Of a stretch of DNA of 64,000 nucleotides, positions 43,301-56,430 are shown in pieces. Each line of letters starts with the position of its first letter. Position 1 is the stretch's first letter. The DNA comes from Auanema rhodensis. Taxonomy: Eukaryota > Animalia > Nematoda. Made by a program: the position numbers and the translations under genes. The stretch covers positions 25,048,001 through 25,112,000 of the forward strand of contig OZ059900.1 in NCBI GenBank assembly GCA_964057225.1, given 5' to 3'. The notes beneath the pieces were generated by a model. The model saw only the letters and a program-made list of their open reading frames with translations. It was not told the DNA's origin and ran no database searches.

Positions 43301-46300
43301 GCTAATTTCCTTAATTTTCTAACCCCCGTTTTTTTGTCTTGAAAGTGGAACTAGACGTTGTACGAACAATTTTGAGCTAGGTTTCATTGACATTGCATGA
43401 GTTTGAACACATGAAATCGTAAGTCAAAACCTTGTTTACAGCGAAATTTCCAAAAACTGGTTTTCCAGCATAATACAATATTTCTCATGGGAAATACTGT
43501 GTTTTTATATTTTTCTAGTGTTCAGCATGTAAAATGCTTCATTTTAGTATGTAACACGCTGAAATTCGTTGCATTTGACGACTCATATGAACAAAAATCG
43601 ATTTTATCAATATTAGCCATAAGGGGCGTGCCCTCAGAATATGCTAATTTCCTTAATTTTCTAACCCCCGTTTTTTTGTCTTGAAAGTGGAACTAGACGT
43701 TGTACGAACAATTTTGAGCTAGGTTTCATTGACATTGCATGAGTTTGAACACATGAAATCGTAAGTCAAAACCTTGTTTACAGCGAAATTTCCAAAAACT
43801 GGTTTTCCAGCATAATACAATATTTCTCATGGGAAATACTGTGTTTTTATATTTTTCTAGTGTTCAGCATGTAAAATGCTTCATTTTAGTATGTAACACG
43901 CTGAAATTCGTTGCATTTGACGACTCATATGAACAAAAATCGATTTTATCAATATTAGCCATAAGGGGCGTGCCCTCAGAATATGCTAATTTCCTTAATT
44001 TTCTAACCCCTGTTTTTTTGTCGTGAAAGTGGAACTAGACGTTGTACGAACAGTTTTGAGCTAGGTTTCATTGACATTGCATGAGTTTGAACACATGAAA
44101 TCGTAAGTCAAAACCTTGTTTACAGCGAAATTTCCAAAAACTGGTTTTCCAGCATAATAAAATATTTCTCATGGGAAATACTGTGTTTTTGTATTTTTTC
44201 AGTGTTCAGCATGTAAAATGCTTCATTTTAGTATGTAACACGCTGAAATTCGTTGCATTTGACGACTCATATGAACAAAAATCGATTTAATCAATATTAG
44301 CCATAAGGGGCGTGCCCTCAGAATATGCTAATTTCCTTAATTTTCTAACCCCTGGTTTTTTGTCGTGAAAGTGGAACTAGACGTTGTACGAACAATTTTG
44401 AGCTAGGTTTCATTGACATTGCATGAGTTTGAACACATGAAATCGTAAGTCAAAACCTTGTTTACAGCGAAATTTCCAAAAACTGGTTTTCCAGCATAAT
44501 AAAATATTTCTCATGGGAAATACTGTGTTTTTGTATTTTTTTAGTGTTCAGCATGTAAAATGCGTCATTTTAGTATGTAAAACGCTGAAATTCGTTGCAT
44601 TTGACGACTCATATGAACAAAAATCGATTTTATCAATATTAGCCATAAGGGGCGTGCCCTCAGAATATGCTAATTTCCTTAATTTTCTAACCCCTGTTTT
44701 TTTGTCGTGAAAGTGGAACTAGACGTTGTACGAACAATTTTAAGCTAGGTTTCATTGACATTGCATGAGTTTGAACACATGCAATCGTAAGTCAAAACCT
44801 TGTTTACAGCGAAATTTCCAAAAACTGGTTTTCCAGCATAATAAAATATTTCTCATGGGAAAAACTGTGTTTTTGTATTTTTCTAGTGTTCAGCATGTAA
44901 AATGCTTTATTTTAATATGTAACACGCTGAAATTCGTTGCATTTGACGACTCATATGAACAAAAATCGATTTAATCAATATTAGCCATAAGGGGCGTGCC
45001 CTCAGAATATGCTAATTTCCTTAATTTTCTAACCCCCGTTTTTTTGTCTTGAAAGTGGAACTAGACGTTGTACGAACAATTTTGAGCTAGGTTTCATTGA
45101 CATTGCATGAGTTTGAACACATGAAATCGTAAGTCAAAACCTTGTTTACAGCGAAATTTCCAAAAACTGGTTTTCCAGCATAATACAATATTTCTCATGG
45201 GAAATACTGTGTTTTTATATTTTTCTAGTGTTCAGCATGTAAAATGCTTCATTTTAGTATGTAACACGCTGAAATTCGTTGCATTTGACGACTCATATGA
45301 ACAAAAATCGATTTTATCAATATTAGCCATAAGGGGCGTGCCCTCAGAATATGCTAATTTCCTTAATTTTCTAACCCCCGTTTTTTTGTCTTGAAAGTGG
45401 AACTAGACGTTGTACGAACAATTTTGAGCTAGGTTTCATTGACATTGCATGAGTTTGAACACATGAAATCGTAAGTCAAAACCTTGTTTACAGCGAAATT
45501 TCCAAAAACTGGTTTTCCAGCATAATACAATATTTCTCATGGGAAATACTGTGTTTTTATATTTTTCTAGTGTTCAGCATGTAAAATGCTTCATTTTAGT
45601 ATGTAACACGCTGAAATTCGTTGCATTTGACGACTCATATGAACAAAAATCGATTTTATCAATATTAGCCATAAGGGGCGTGCCCTCAGAATATGCTAAT
45701 TTCCTTAATTTTCTAACCCCTGTTTTTTTGTCGTGAAAGTGGAACTAGACGTTGTACGAACAATTTTGAGCTAGGTTTCATTGACATTGCATGAGTTTGA
45801 ACACATGAAATCGTAAGTCAAAACCTTGTTTACAGCGAAATTTCCAAAAACTGGTTTTCCAGCATAATACAATATTTCTCATGGGAAATACTGTGTTTTT
45901 ATATTTTTCTAGTGTTCAGCATGTAAAATGCTTCATTTTAGTATGTAACACGCTGAAATTCGTTGCATTTGACGACTCATATGAACAAAAATCGATTTTA
46001 TCAATATTAGCCATAAGGGGCGTGCCCTCAGAATATGCTAATTTCCTTAATTTTCTAACCCCTGTTTTTTTGTCGTGAAAGTGGAACTAGACGTTGTACG
46101 AACAATTTTGAGCTAGGTTTCATTGACATTGCATGAGTTTGAACACATGAAATCGTAAGTCAAAACCTTGTTTACAGCGAAATTTCCAAAAACTGGTTTT
46201 CCAGCATAATAAAATATTTCTCATGGGAAATACTGTGTTTTTATATTTTTCTAGTGTTCAGCATGTAAAATGCTTCATTTTAGTATGTAACACGCTGAAA

Positions 46301-46853
46301 TTCGTTGCATTTGACGACTCATATGAACAAAAATTGATTTAATCAATATTAGCCATAAGGGGCGTGCCCTCAGAATATGCTAATTTCCTTAATTTTCTAA
46401 CCCCTGTTTTTTTGTCGTGAAAGTGGAACTAGACGTTGTACGAACAATTTTAAGCTAGGTTTCATTGACATTGCATGAGTTTGAACACATGCAATCGTAA
46501 GTCAAAACCTTGTTTACAGCGAAATTTCCAAAAACTGGTTTTCCAGCATAATAAAATATTTCTCATGGGAAAAACTGTGTTTTTGTATTTTTTTAGTGTT
46601 CAGCATGTAAAATGCTTTATTTTAATATGTAACACGCTGAAATTCGTTGCATTTGACGACTCATATGAACAAAAATCGATTTAATCAATATTAGCCATAA
46701 GGGGCGTGCCCTCAGAATATGCTAATTTCCTTAATTTTCTAACCCCCGTTTTTTTGTCTTGAAAGTGGAACTAGACGTTGTACGAACAATTTTGAGCTAG
46801 GTTTCATTGACATTGCATGAGTTTGAACACATGAAATCGTAAGTCAAAACCTT
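39330..46853. repeat. 10-mer (3420-bp) higher-order repeat, ~2.2 copies, built from two related 5-mers
   Basis: Offset 3420: 39635/43055/46475, 40067/43487, 40409/43829, 41093/44513, 41345/44765, 41777/45197, 42119/45539, 42461/45881. Confidence 0.9.
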
Positions 46854-49800
46854 GTTTACAGCAAAATTTCCAAAAACTGGTTTTCCAGCATAATAAAATA
46901 TTTCTCATGGGAAATACAGTGTTTTTGTATTTTTTTAGTGTTCAGCATGTAAAATGCTTTATTTTAATATGTAACACGCTGAAATTCGTTGCATTTGACG
47001 ACTCATATGAACAAAAATCGATTTAATCAATATTAGCCATAAGGGGCGTGCCCTCAGAATATGCTAATTTCCTTAATTTTCTAACCCCTGTTTTTTTGTC
47101 GTGAAAGTGGAACTAGACGTTGTACGAACAATTTTGAGCTAAGTTTCATTGACATTGCATGAGTTTGAACACATGAAATCGTAAGTCAAAACCTTGTTTA
47201 CATCGAAATTTCCAAAAACTGGTTTTCCAGCATAATAAAATATTTCTCATGAGAAATACTGTGTTTTTGTATTTTTTTAATGTTCAGCATGTAAAATGCT
47301 TCATTTTGATATGTAAAACGCTGAAATTCGTTGCATTTGACGACTCATATGAACAAAAATCGATTTTATCAATATTAGCCATAAGGGGCGTGCCCTCAGA
47401 ATATGCTAATTTCCTTAATTTTCTAACCCCTGTTTTTTTGTCGTGAAAGTGGAACTAGACGTTGTACGAACAATTTTGAGCTAAGTTTCATTGACATTGC
47501 ATGAGTTTGAACACATGAAATCGTAAGTCAAAACCTTGTTTACATCGAAATTTCCAAAAACTGGTTTTCCAGCATAATAAAATATTTCTCATGAGAAATA
47601 CTGTGTTTTTGTATTTTTTTAATGTTCAGCATGTAAAATGCTTCATTTTGATATGTAAAACGCTGAAATTCGTTGCATTTGACGACTCATATGAACAAAA
47701 ATCGATTTTATCAATATTAGCCATAAGGGGCGTGCCCTCAGAATATGCTAATTTCCTTAATTTTCTAACCCCTGTTTTTTTGTCGTGAAAGTGGAACTAG
47801 ACGTTGTACGAACAATTTTGAGCTAGGTTTCATTGACATTGCATGAGTTTGAACACATGAAATCGTAAGTCAAAACCTTGTTTACAGCGAAATTTCCAAA
47901 AACTGGTTTTCCAGCATAATACAATATTTCTCATGGGAAATACTGTGTTTTTATATTTTTCTAGTGTTCAGCATGTAAAATGCTTCATTTTAGTATGTAA
48001 CACGCTGAAATTCGTTGCATTTGACGACTCATATGAACAAAAATCGATTTTATCAATATTAGCCATAAGGGGCGTGCCCTCAGAATATGCTAATTTCCTT
48101 AATTTTCTAACCCCTGTTTTTTTGTCGTGAAAGTGGAACTAGACGTTGTACGAACAATTTTGAGCTAAGTTTCATTGACATTGCATGAGTTTGAACACAT
48201 GAAATCGTAAGTCAAAACCTTGTTTACATCGAAATTTCCAAAAACTGGTTTTCCAGCATAATAAAATATTTCTCATGAGAAATACTGTGTTTTTGTATTT
48301 TTTTAATGTTCAGCATGTAAAATGCTTCATTTTGATATGTAAAACGCTGAAATTCGTTGCATTTGACGACTCATATGAACAAAAATCGATTTTATCAATA
48401 TTAGCCATAAGGGGCGTGCCCTCAGAATATGCTAATTTCCTTAATTTTCTAACCCCTGTTTTTTTGTCGTGAAAGTGGAACTAGACGTTGTACGAACAAT
48501 TTTGAGCTAGGTTTCATTGACATTGCATGAGTTTGAACACATGAAATCGTAAGTCAAAACCTTGTTTACAGCGAAATTTCCAAAAACTGGTTTTCCAGCA
48601 TAATACAATATTTCTCATGGGAAATACTGTGTTTTTATATTTTTCTAGTGTTCAGCATGTAAAATGTTTCATTTTAGTATGTAACACGCTGAAATTCGTT
48701 GCATTTGACGACTCATATGAACAAAAATTGATTTAATCAATATTAGCCATAAGGGGCGTGCCCTCAGAATATGCTAATTTCCTTAATTTTCTAACCCCTG
48801 TTTTTTTGTCGTGAAAGTGGAACTAGACGTTGTACGAACAATTTTGAGCTAGGTTTCATTGACATTGCATGAGTTTGAACACATGCAATCGTAAGTCAAA
48901 ACCTTGTTTACAGCGAAATTTCCAAAAACTGGTTTTCCAGCATAATAAAATATTTCTCATGGGAAAAACTGTGTTTTTGTATTTTTCTAGTGTTCAGCAT
49001 GTAAAATGCTTTATTTTAATATGTAACACGCTGAAATTCGTTGCATTTGACGACTCATATGAACAAAAATCGATTTAATCAATATTAGCCATAAGGGGCG
49101 TGCCCTCAGAATATGCTAATTTCCTTAATTTTCTAACCCCTGTTTTTTTGTCGTGAAAGTGGAACTAGACGTTGTACGAACAATTTTGAGCTAAGTTTCA
49201 TTGACATTGCATGAGTTTGAACACATGAAATCGTAAGTCAAAACCTTGTTTACAGCGAAATTTCCAAAAACTGGTTTTCCAGCATAATAAAATATTTCTC
49301 ATGAGAAATACTGTGTTTTTGTATTTTTTTAATGTTCAGCATGTAAAATGCTTCATTTTGATATGTAAAACGCTGAAATTCGTTGCATTTGACGACTCAT
49401 ATGAACAAAAATCGATTTTATCAATATTAGCCATAAGGGGCGTGCCCTCAGAATATGCTAATTTCCTTAATTTTCTAACCCCCGTTTTTTTGTCTTGAAA
49501 GTGGAACTAGACGTTGTACGAACAATTTTGAGCTAGGTTTCATTGACATTGCATGAGTTTGAACACATGAAATCGTAAGTCAAAACCTTGTTTACAGCGA
49601 AATTTCCAAAAACTGGTTTTCCAGCATAATACAATATTTCTCATGGGAAATACTGTGTTTTTATATTTTTCTAGTGTTCAGCATGTAAAATGCTTCATTT
49701 TAGTATGTAACACGCTGAAATTCGTTGCATTTGACGACTCATATGAACAAAAATCGATTTTATCAATATTAGCCATAAGGGGCGTGCCCTCAGAATATGC

Positions 49801-52800
49801 TAATTTCCTTAATTTTCTAACCCCTGTTTTTTTGTCGTGAAAGTGGAACTAGACGTTGTACGAACAGTTTTGAGCTAGGTTTCATTGACATTGCATGAGT
49901 TTGAACACATGAAATCGTAAGTCAAAACCTTGTTTACAGCGAAATTTCCAAAAACTGGTTTTCCAGCATAATAAAATATTTCTCATGGGAAATACTGTGT
50001 TTTTGTATTTTTTCAGTGTTCAGCATGTAAAATGCTTCATTTTAGTATGTAACACGCTGAAATTCGTTGCATTTGACGACTCATATGAACAAAAATCGAT
50101 TTAATCAATATTAGCCATAAGGGGCGTGCCCTCAGAATATGCTAATTTCCTTAATTTTCTAACCCCTGTTTTTTTGTCGTGAAAGTGGAACTAGACGTTG
50201 TACGAACAATTTTGAGCTAGGTTTCATTGACATTGCATGAGTTTGAACACATGAAATCGTAAGTCAAAACCTTGTTTACAGCGAAATTTCCAAAAACTGG
50301 TTTTCCAGCATAATAAAATATTTCTCATGGGAAATACTGTGTTTTTGTATTTTTTTAGTGTTCAGCATGTAAAATGCGTCATTTTAGTATGTAAAACGCT
50401 GAAATTCGTTGCATTTGACGACTCATATGAACAAAAAGCGATTTAATCAATATTATCCATAAGGGGCGTGCCCTCAGAATATGCTAATTTCCTTAATTTT
50501 CTAACCCCTGTTTTTTTGTCGTGAAAGTGGAACTAGACGTTGTACGAACAATTTTGAGCTAGGTTTCATTGACATTGCATGAGTTTGAACACATGAAATC
50601 GTAAGTCAAAACCTTGTTTACAGCAAAATTTCCAAAAACTGGTTTTCCAGCATAATAAAATATTTCTCATGGGAAATACAGTGTTTTTGTATTTTTTTAG
50701 TGTTCAGCATGTAAAATGCTTTATTTTAATATGTAACACGCTGAAATTCGTTGCATTTGACGACTCATATGAACAAAAATCGATTTAATCAATATTAGCC
50801 ATAAGGGGCGTGCCCTCAGAATATGCTAATTTCCTTAATTTTCTAACCCCTGTTTTTTTGTCGTGAAAGTGGAACTAGACGTTGTACGAACAATTTTGAG
50901 CTAAGTTTCATTGACATTGCATGAGTTTGAACACATGAAATCGTAAGTCAAAACCTTGTTTACATCGAAATTTCCAAAAACTGGTTTTCCAGCATAATAA
51001 AATATTTCTCATGAGAAATACTGTGTTTTTGTATTTTTTTAATGTTCAGCATGTAAAATGCTTCATTTTGATATGTAAAACGCTGAAATTCGTTGCATTT
51101 GACGACTCATATGAACAAAAATCGATTTTATCAATATTAGCCATAAGGGGCGTGCCCTCAGAATATGCTAATTTCCTTAATTTTCTAACCCCTGTTTTTT
51201 TGTCGTGAAAGTGGAACTAGACGTTGTACGAACAATTTTGAGCTAGGTTTCATTGACATTGCATGAGTTTGAACACATGAAATCGTAAGTCAAAACCTTG
51301 TTTACAGCGAAATTTCCAAAAACTGGTTTTCCAGCATAATACAATATTTCTCATGGGAAATACTGTGTTTTTATATTTTTCTAGTGTTCAGCATGTAAAA
51401 TGCTTCATTTTAGTATGTAACACGCTGAAATTCGTTGCATTTGACGACTCATATGAACAAAAATTGATTTAATCAATATTAGCCATAAGGGGCGTGCCCT
51501 CAGAATATGCTAATTTCCTTAATTTTCTAACCCCTGTTTTTTTGTCGTGAAAGTGGAACTAGACGTTGTACGAACAATTTTGAGCTAAGTTTCATTGACA
51601 TTGCATGAGTTTGAACACATGAAATCGTAAGTCAAAACCTTGTTTACATCGAAATTTCCAAAAACTGGTTTTCCAGCATAATAAAATATTTCTCATGAGA
51701 AATACTGTGTTTTTGTATTTTTTTAATGTTCAGCATGTAAAATGCTTCATTTTGATATGTAAAACGCTGAAATTCGTTGCATTTGACGACTCATATGAAC
51801 AAAAATCGATTTTATCAATATTAGCCATAAGGGGCGTGCCCTCAGAATATGCTAATTTCCTTAATTTTCTAACCCCTGTTTTTTTGTCGTGAAAGTGGAA
51901 CTAGACGTTGTACGAACAATTTTGAGCTAGGTTTCATTGACATTGCATGAGTTTGAACACATGAAATCGTAAGTCAAAACCTTGTTTACAGCGAAATTTC
52001 CAAAAACTGGTTTTCCAGCATAATACAATATTTCTCATGGGAAATACTGTGTTTTTATATTTTTCTAGTGTTCAGCATGTAAAATGCTTCATTTTAGTAT
52101 GTAACACGCTGAAATTCGTTGCATTTGACGACTCATATGAACAAAAATTGATTTAATCAATATTAGCCATAAGGGGCGTGCCCTCAGAATATGCTAATTT
52201 CCTTAATTTTCTAACCCCTGTTTTTTTTGTCGTGAAAGTGGAACTAGACGTTGTACGAACAATTTTGAGCTAGGTTTCATTGACATTGCATGAGTTTGAA
52301 CACATGCAATCGTAAGTCAAAACCTTGTTTACAGCGAAATTTCCAAAAACTGGTTTTCCAGCATAATAAAATATTTCTCATGGGAAAAACTGTGTTTTTG
52401 TATTTTTCTAGTGTTCAGCATGTAAAATGCTTTATTTTAATATGTAACACGCTGAAATTCGTTGCATTTGACGACTCATATGAACAAAAATCGATTTAAT
52501 CAATATTAGCCATAAGGGGCGTGCCCTCAGAATATGCTAATTTCCTTAATTTTCTAACCCCTGTTTTTTTGTCGTGAAAGTGGAACTAGACGTTGTACGA
52601 ACAATTTTGAGCTAAGTTTCATTGACATTGCATGAGTTTGAACACATGAAATCGTAAGTCAAAACCTTGTTTACAGCGAAATTTCCAAAAACTGGTTTTC
52701 CAGCATAATAAAATATTTCTCATGAGAAATACTGTGTTTTTGTATTTTTTTAATGTTCAGCATGTAAAATGCTTCATTTTGATATGTAAAACGCTGAAAT

Positions 52801-53352
52801 TCGTTGCATTTGACGACTCATATGAACAAAAATCGATTTTATCAATATTAGCCATAAGGGGCGTGCCCTCAGAATATGCTAATTTCCTTAATTTTCTAAC
52901 CCCTGTTTTTTTGTCGTGAAAGTGGAACTAGACGTTGTACGAACAATTTTGAGCTAGGTTTCATTGACATTGCATGAGTTTGAACACATGAAATCGTAAG
53001 TCAAAACCTTGTTTACAGCGAAATTTCCAAAAACTGGTTTTCCAGCATAATACAATATTTCTCATGGGAAATACTGTGTTTTTATATTTTTCTAGTGTTC
53101 AGCATGTAAAATGCTTCATTTTAGTATGTAACACGCTGAAATTCGTTGCATTTGACGACTCATATGAACAAAAATCGATTTTATCAATATTAGCCATAAG
53201 GGGCGTGCCCTCAGAATATGCTAATTTCCTTAATTTTCTAACCCCTGTTTTTTTGTCGTGAAAGTGGAACTAGACGTTGTACGAACAGTTTTGAGCTAGG
53301 TTTCATTGACATTGCATGAGTTTGAACACATGAAATCGTAAGTCAAAACCTT
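46854..53352. repeat. 10/11-mer duplication marked by G57A (ATGAGAAAT) monomers
   Basis: A G10A/T65A monomer occurs at 46854 and 50616 (11 units apart). Later markers are 10 units apart (48275/51695, 48869/52290, 49301/52722, 49643/53064), because the first copy has one extra G57A monomer. Confidence 0.85.
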
Positions 53353-54378
53353 GTTTACAGCGAAATTTCCAAAAACTGGTTTTCCAGCATAATAAAATAT
53401 TTCTCATGGGAAATACTGTGTTTTTGTATTTTTCTAGTGTTCAGCATGTAAAATGCTTTATTTTAATATGTAACACGCTGAAATTCGTTGCATTTGACGA
53501 CTCATATGAACAAAAATCGATTTAATCAATATTAGCCATAAGGGGCGTGCCCTCAGAATATGCTAATTTCCTTAATTTTCTAACCCCTGTTTTTTTGTCG
53601 TGAAAGTGGAACTAGACGTTGTACGAACAATTTTGAGCTAAGTTTCATTGACATTGCATGAGTTTGAACACATGAAATCGTAAGTCAAAACCTTGTTTAC
53701 ATCGAAATTTCCAAAAACTGGTTTTCCAGCATAATAAAATATTTCTCATGGGAAAAACTGTGTTTTTGTATTTTTCTAGTGTTCAGCATGTAAAATGCTT
53801 TATTTTAATATGTAACACGCTGAAATTCGTTGCATTTGACGACTCATATGAACAAAAATCGATTTAATCAATATTAGCCATAAGGGGCGTGCCCTCAGAA
53901 TATGCTAATTTCCTTAATTTTCTAACCCCTGTTTTTTTGTCGTGAAAGTGGAACTAGACGTTGTACGAACAATTTTGAGCTAAGTTTCATTGACATTGCA
54001 TGAGTTTGAACACATGAAATCGTAAGTCAAAACCTTGTTTACAGCGAAATTTCCAAAAACTGGTTTTCCAGCATAATAAAATATTTCTCAAGGGAAAAAC
54101 TGTGTTTTTATATTTTTCTAGTGTTCAGCATGTAAAATGCTTCATTTTAGTATGTAACACGCTGAAATTCCTTGCATTTGACGACTCATATGAACAAAAA
54201 TCGATTTAATCAATATTAACCATAAGGGGCGTGCCCTCAGAATATGCTAATTTCCTTAATTTTCTAACCCCTGTTTTTTTGTCGTGAAAGTGGAACTAGA
54301 CGTTGTACGAACAATTTTGAGCTAGGTTTCATTGACATTGCATGAGTTTGAACACATGAAATCGTAAGTCAAAACCTT

Positions 54379-55404
54379 GTTTACAGCGAAATTTCCAAAA
54401 ACTGGTTTTCCAGCATAATACAATATTTCTCATGGGAAATACTGTGTTTTTATATTTTTCTAGTGTTCAGCATGTAAAATGCTTCATTTTAGTATGTAAC
54501 ACGCTGAAATTCGTTGCATTTGACGACTCATATGAACAAAAATCGATTTTATCAATATTAGCCATAAGGGGCGTGCCCTCAGAATATGCTAATTTCCTTA
54601 ATTTTCTAACCCCTGTTTTTTTGTCGTGAAAGTGGAACTAGACGTTGTACAAACAATTTTGAGCTAGGTTTCATTGACATCGCATGAGTTTGAACACATG
54701 AAATCGTAAGTCAAAACCTTGTTTACAGCGAAATTTCCAAAAACTGGTTTTCCAGCATAATACAATATTTCTCATGGGAAATACTGTGTTTTTATATTTT
54801 TCTAGTGTTCAGCATGTAAAATGCTTCATTTTAGTATGTAAAACGCTGAAATTCGTTGCATTTGACGACTCATATGAACAAAAATCGATTTTATCAATAT
54901 TAGCCATAAGGGGCGTGCCCTCAGAATATGCTAATTTCCTTAATTTTCTAACCCCTGTTTTTTTGTCGTGAAAGTGGAACTAGACGTTGTACAAACAATT
55001 TTGAGCTAGGTTTCATTGACATCGCATGAGTTTGAACACATGAAATCGTAAGTCAAAACCTTGTTTACAGCGAAATTTCCAAAAACTGGTTTTCCAGCAT
55101 AATACAATATTTCTCATGGGAAATACTGTGTTTTTATATTTTTCTAGTGTTCAGCATGTAAAATGCTTCATTTTAGTATGTAAAACGCTGAAATTCGTTG
55201 CATTTGACGACTCATATGAACAAAAATCGATTTTATCAATATTAGCCATAAGGGGCGTGCCCTCAGAATATGCTAATTTCCTTAATTTTCTAACCCCTGT
55301 TTTTTTGTCGTGAAAGTGGAACTAGACGTTGTACAAACAATTTTGAGCTAGGTTTCATTGACATCGCATGAGTTTGAACACATGAAATCGTAAGTCAAAA
55401 CCTT
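54379..55404. repeat. Local monomer triplication
   Basis: The variants GTACAAAC (G273A at 54651, 54993, 55335) and GACATCGC were seen only in these three adjacent monomers. Confidence 0.88.
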
Positions 55405-56430
55405 GTTTACAGCGAAATTTCCAAAAACTGGTTTTCCAGCATAATACAATATTTCTCATGGGAAATACTGTGTTTTTATATTTTTCTAGTGTTCAGCATG
55501 TAAAATGCTTCATTTTAGTATGTAACACGCTGAAATTCGTTGCATTTGACGACTCATATGAACAAAAATCGATTTAATCAATATTAGCCATAAGGGGCGT
55601 GCCCTCAGAATATGCTAATTTCCTTAATTTTCTAACCCCTGTTTTTTTGTCGTGAAAGTGGAACTAGACGTTGTACGAACAATTTTGAGCTAGGTTTCAT
55701 TGACATTGCATGAGTTTGAACACATGAAATCGTAAGTCAAAACCTTGTTTACAGCGAAATTTCCAAAAACTGGTTTTCCAGCATAATAAAATATTTCTCA
55801 TGGGAAATACAGTGTTTTTGTATTTTTTTAGTGTTCAGCATGTAAAATGCGTCATTTTAGTATGTAAAACGCTGAAATTCGTTGCATTTGACGACTCATA
55901 TGAACAAAAATCGATTTTATCAATATTAGCCATAAGGGGCGTGCCCTCAGAATATGCTAATTTCCTTAATTTTCTAACCCCTGTTTTTTTGTCGTGAAAG
56001 TGGAACTAGACGTTGTACGAACAATTTTGAGCTAGGTTTCATTGACATTGCATGAGTTTGAACACATGAAATCGTAAGTCAAAACCTTGTTTACAGCGAA
56101 ATTTCCAAAAACTGGTTTTCCAGCATAATAAAATATTTCTCATGGGAAATACAGTGTTTTTGTATTTTTTTAGTGTTCAGCATGTAAAATGCGTCATTTT
56201 AGTATGTAAAACGCTGAAATTCGTTGCATTTGACGACTCATATGAACAAAAATCGATTTTATCAATATTAGCCATAAGGGGCGTGCCCTCAGAATATGCT
56301 AATTTCCTTAATTTTCTAACCCCTGTTTTTTTGTCGTGAAAGTGGAACTAGACGTTGTACGAACAATTTTGAGCTAGGTTTCATTGACATTGCATGAGTT
56401 TGAACACATGAAATCGTAAGTCAAAACCTT

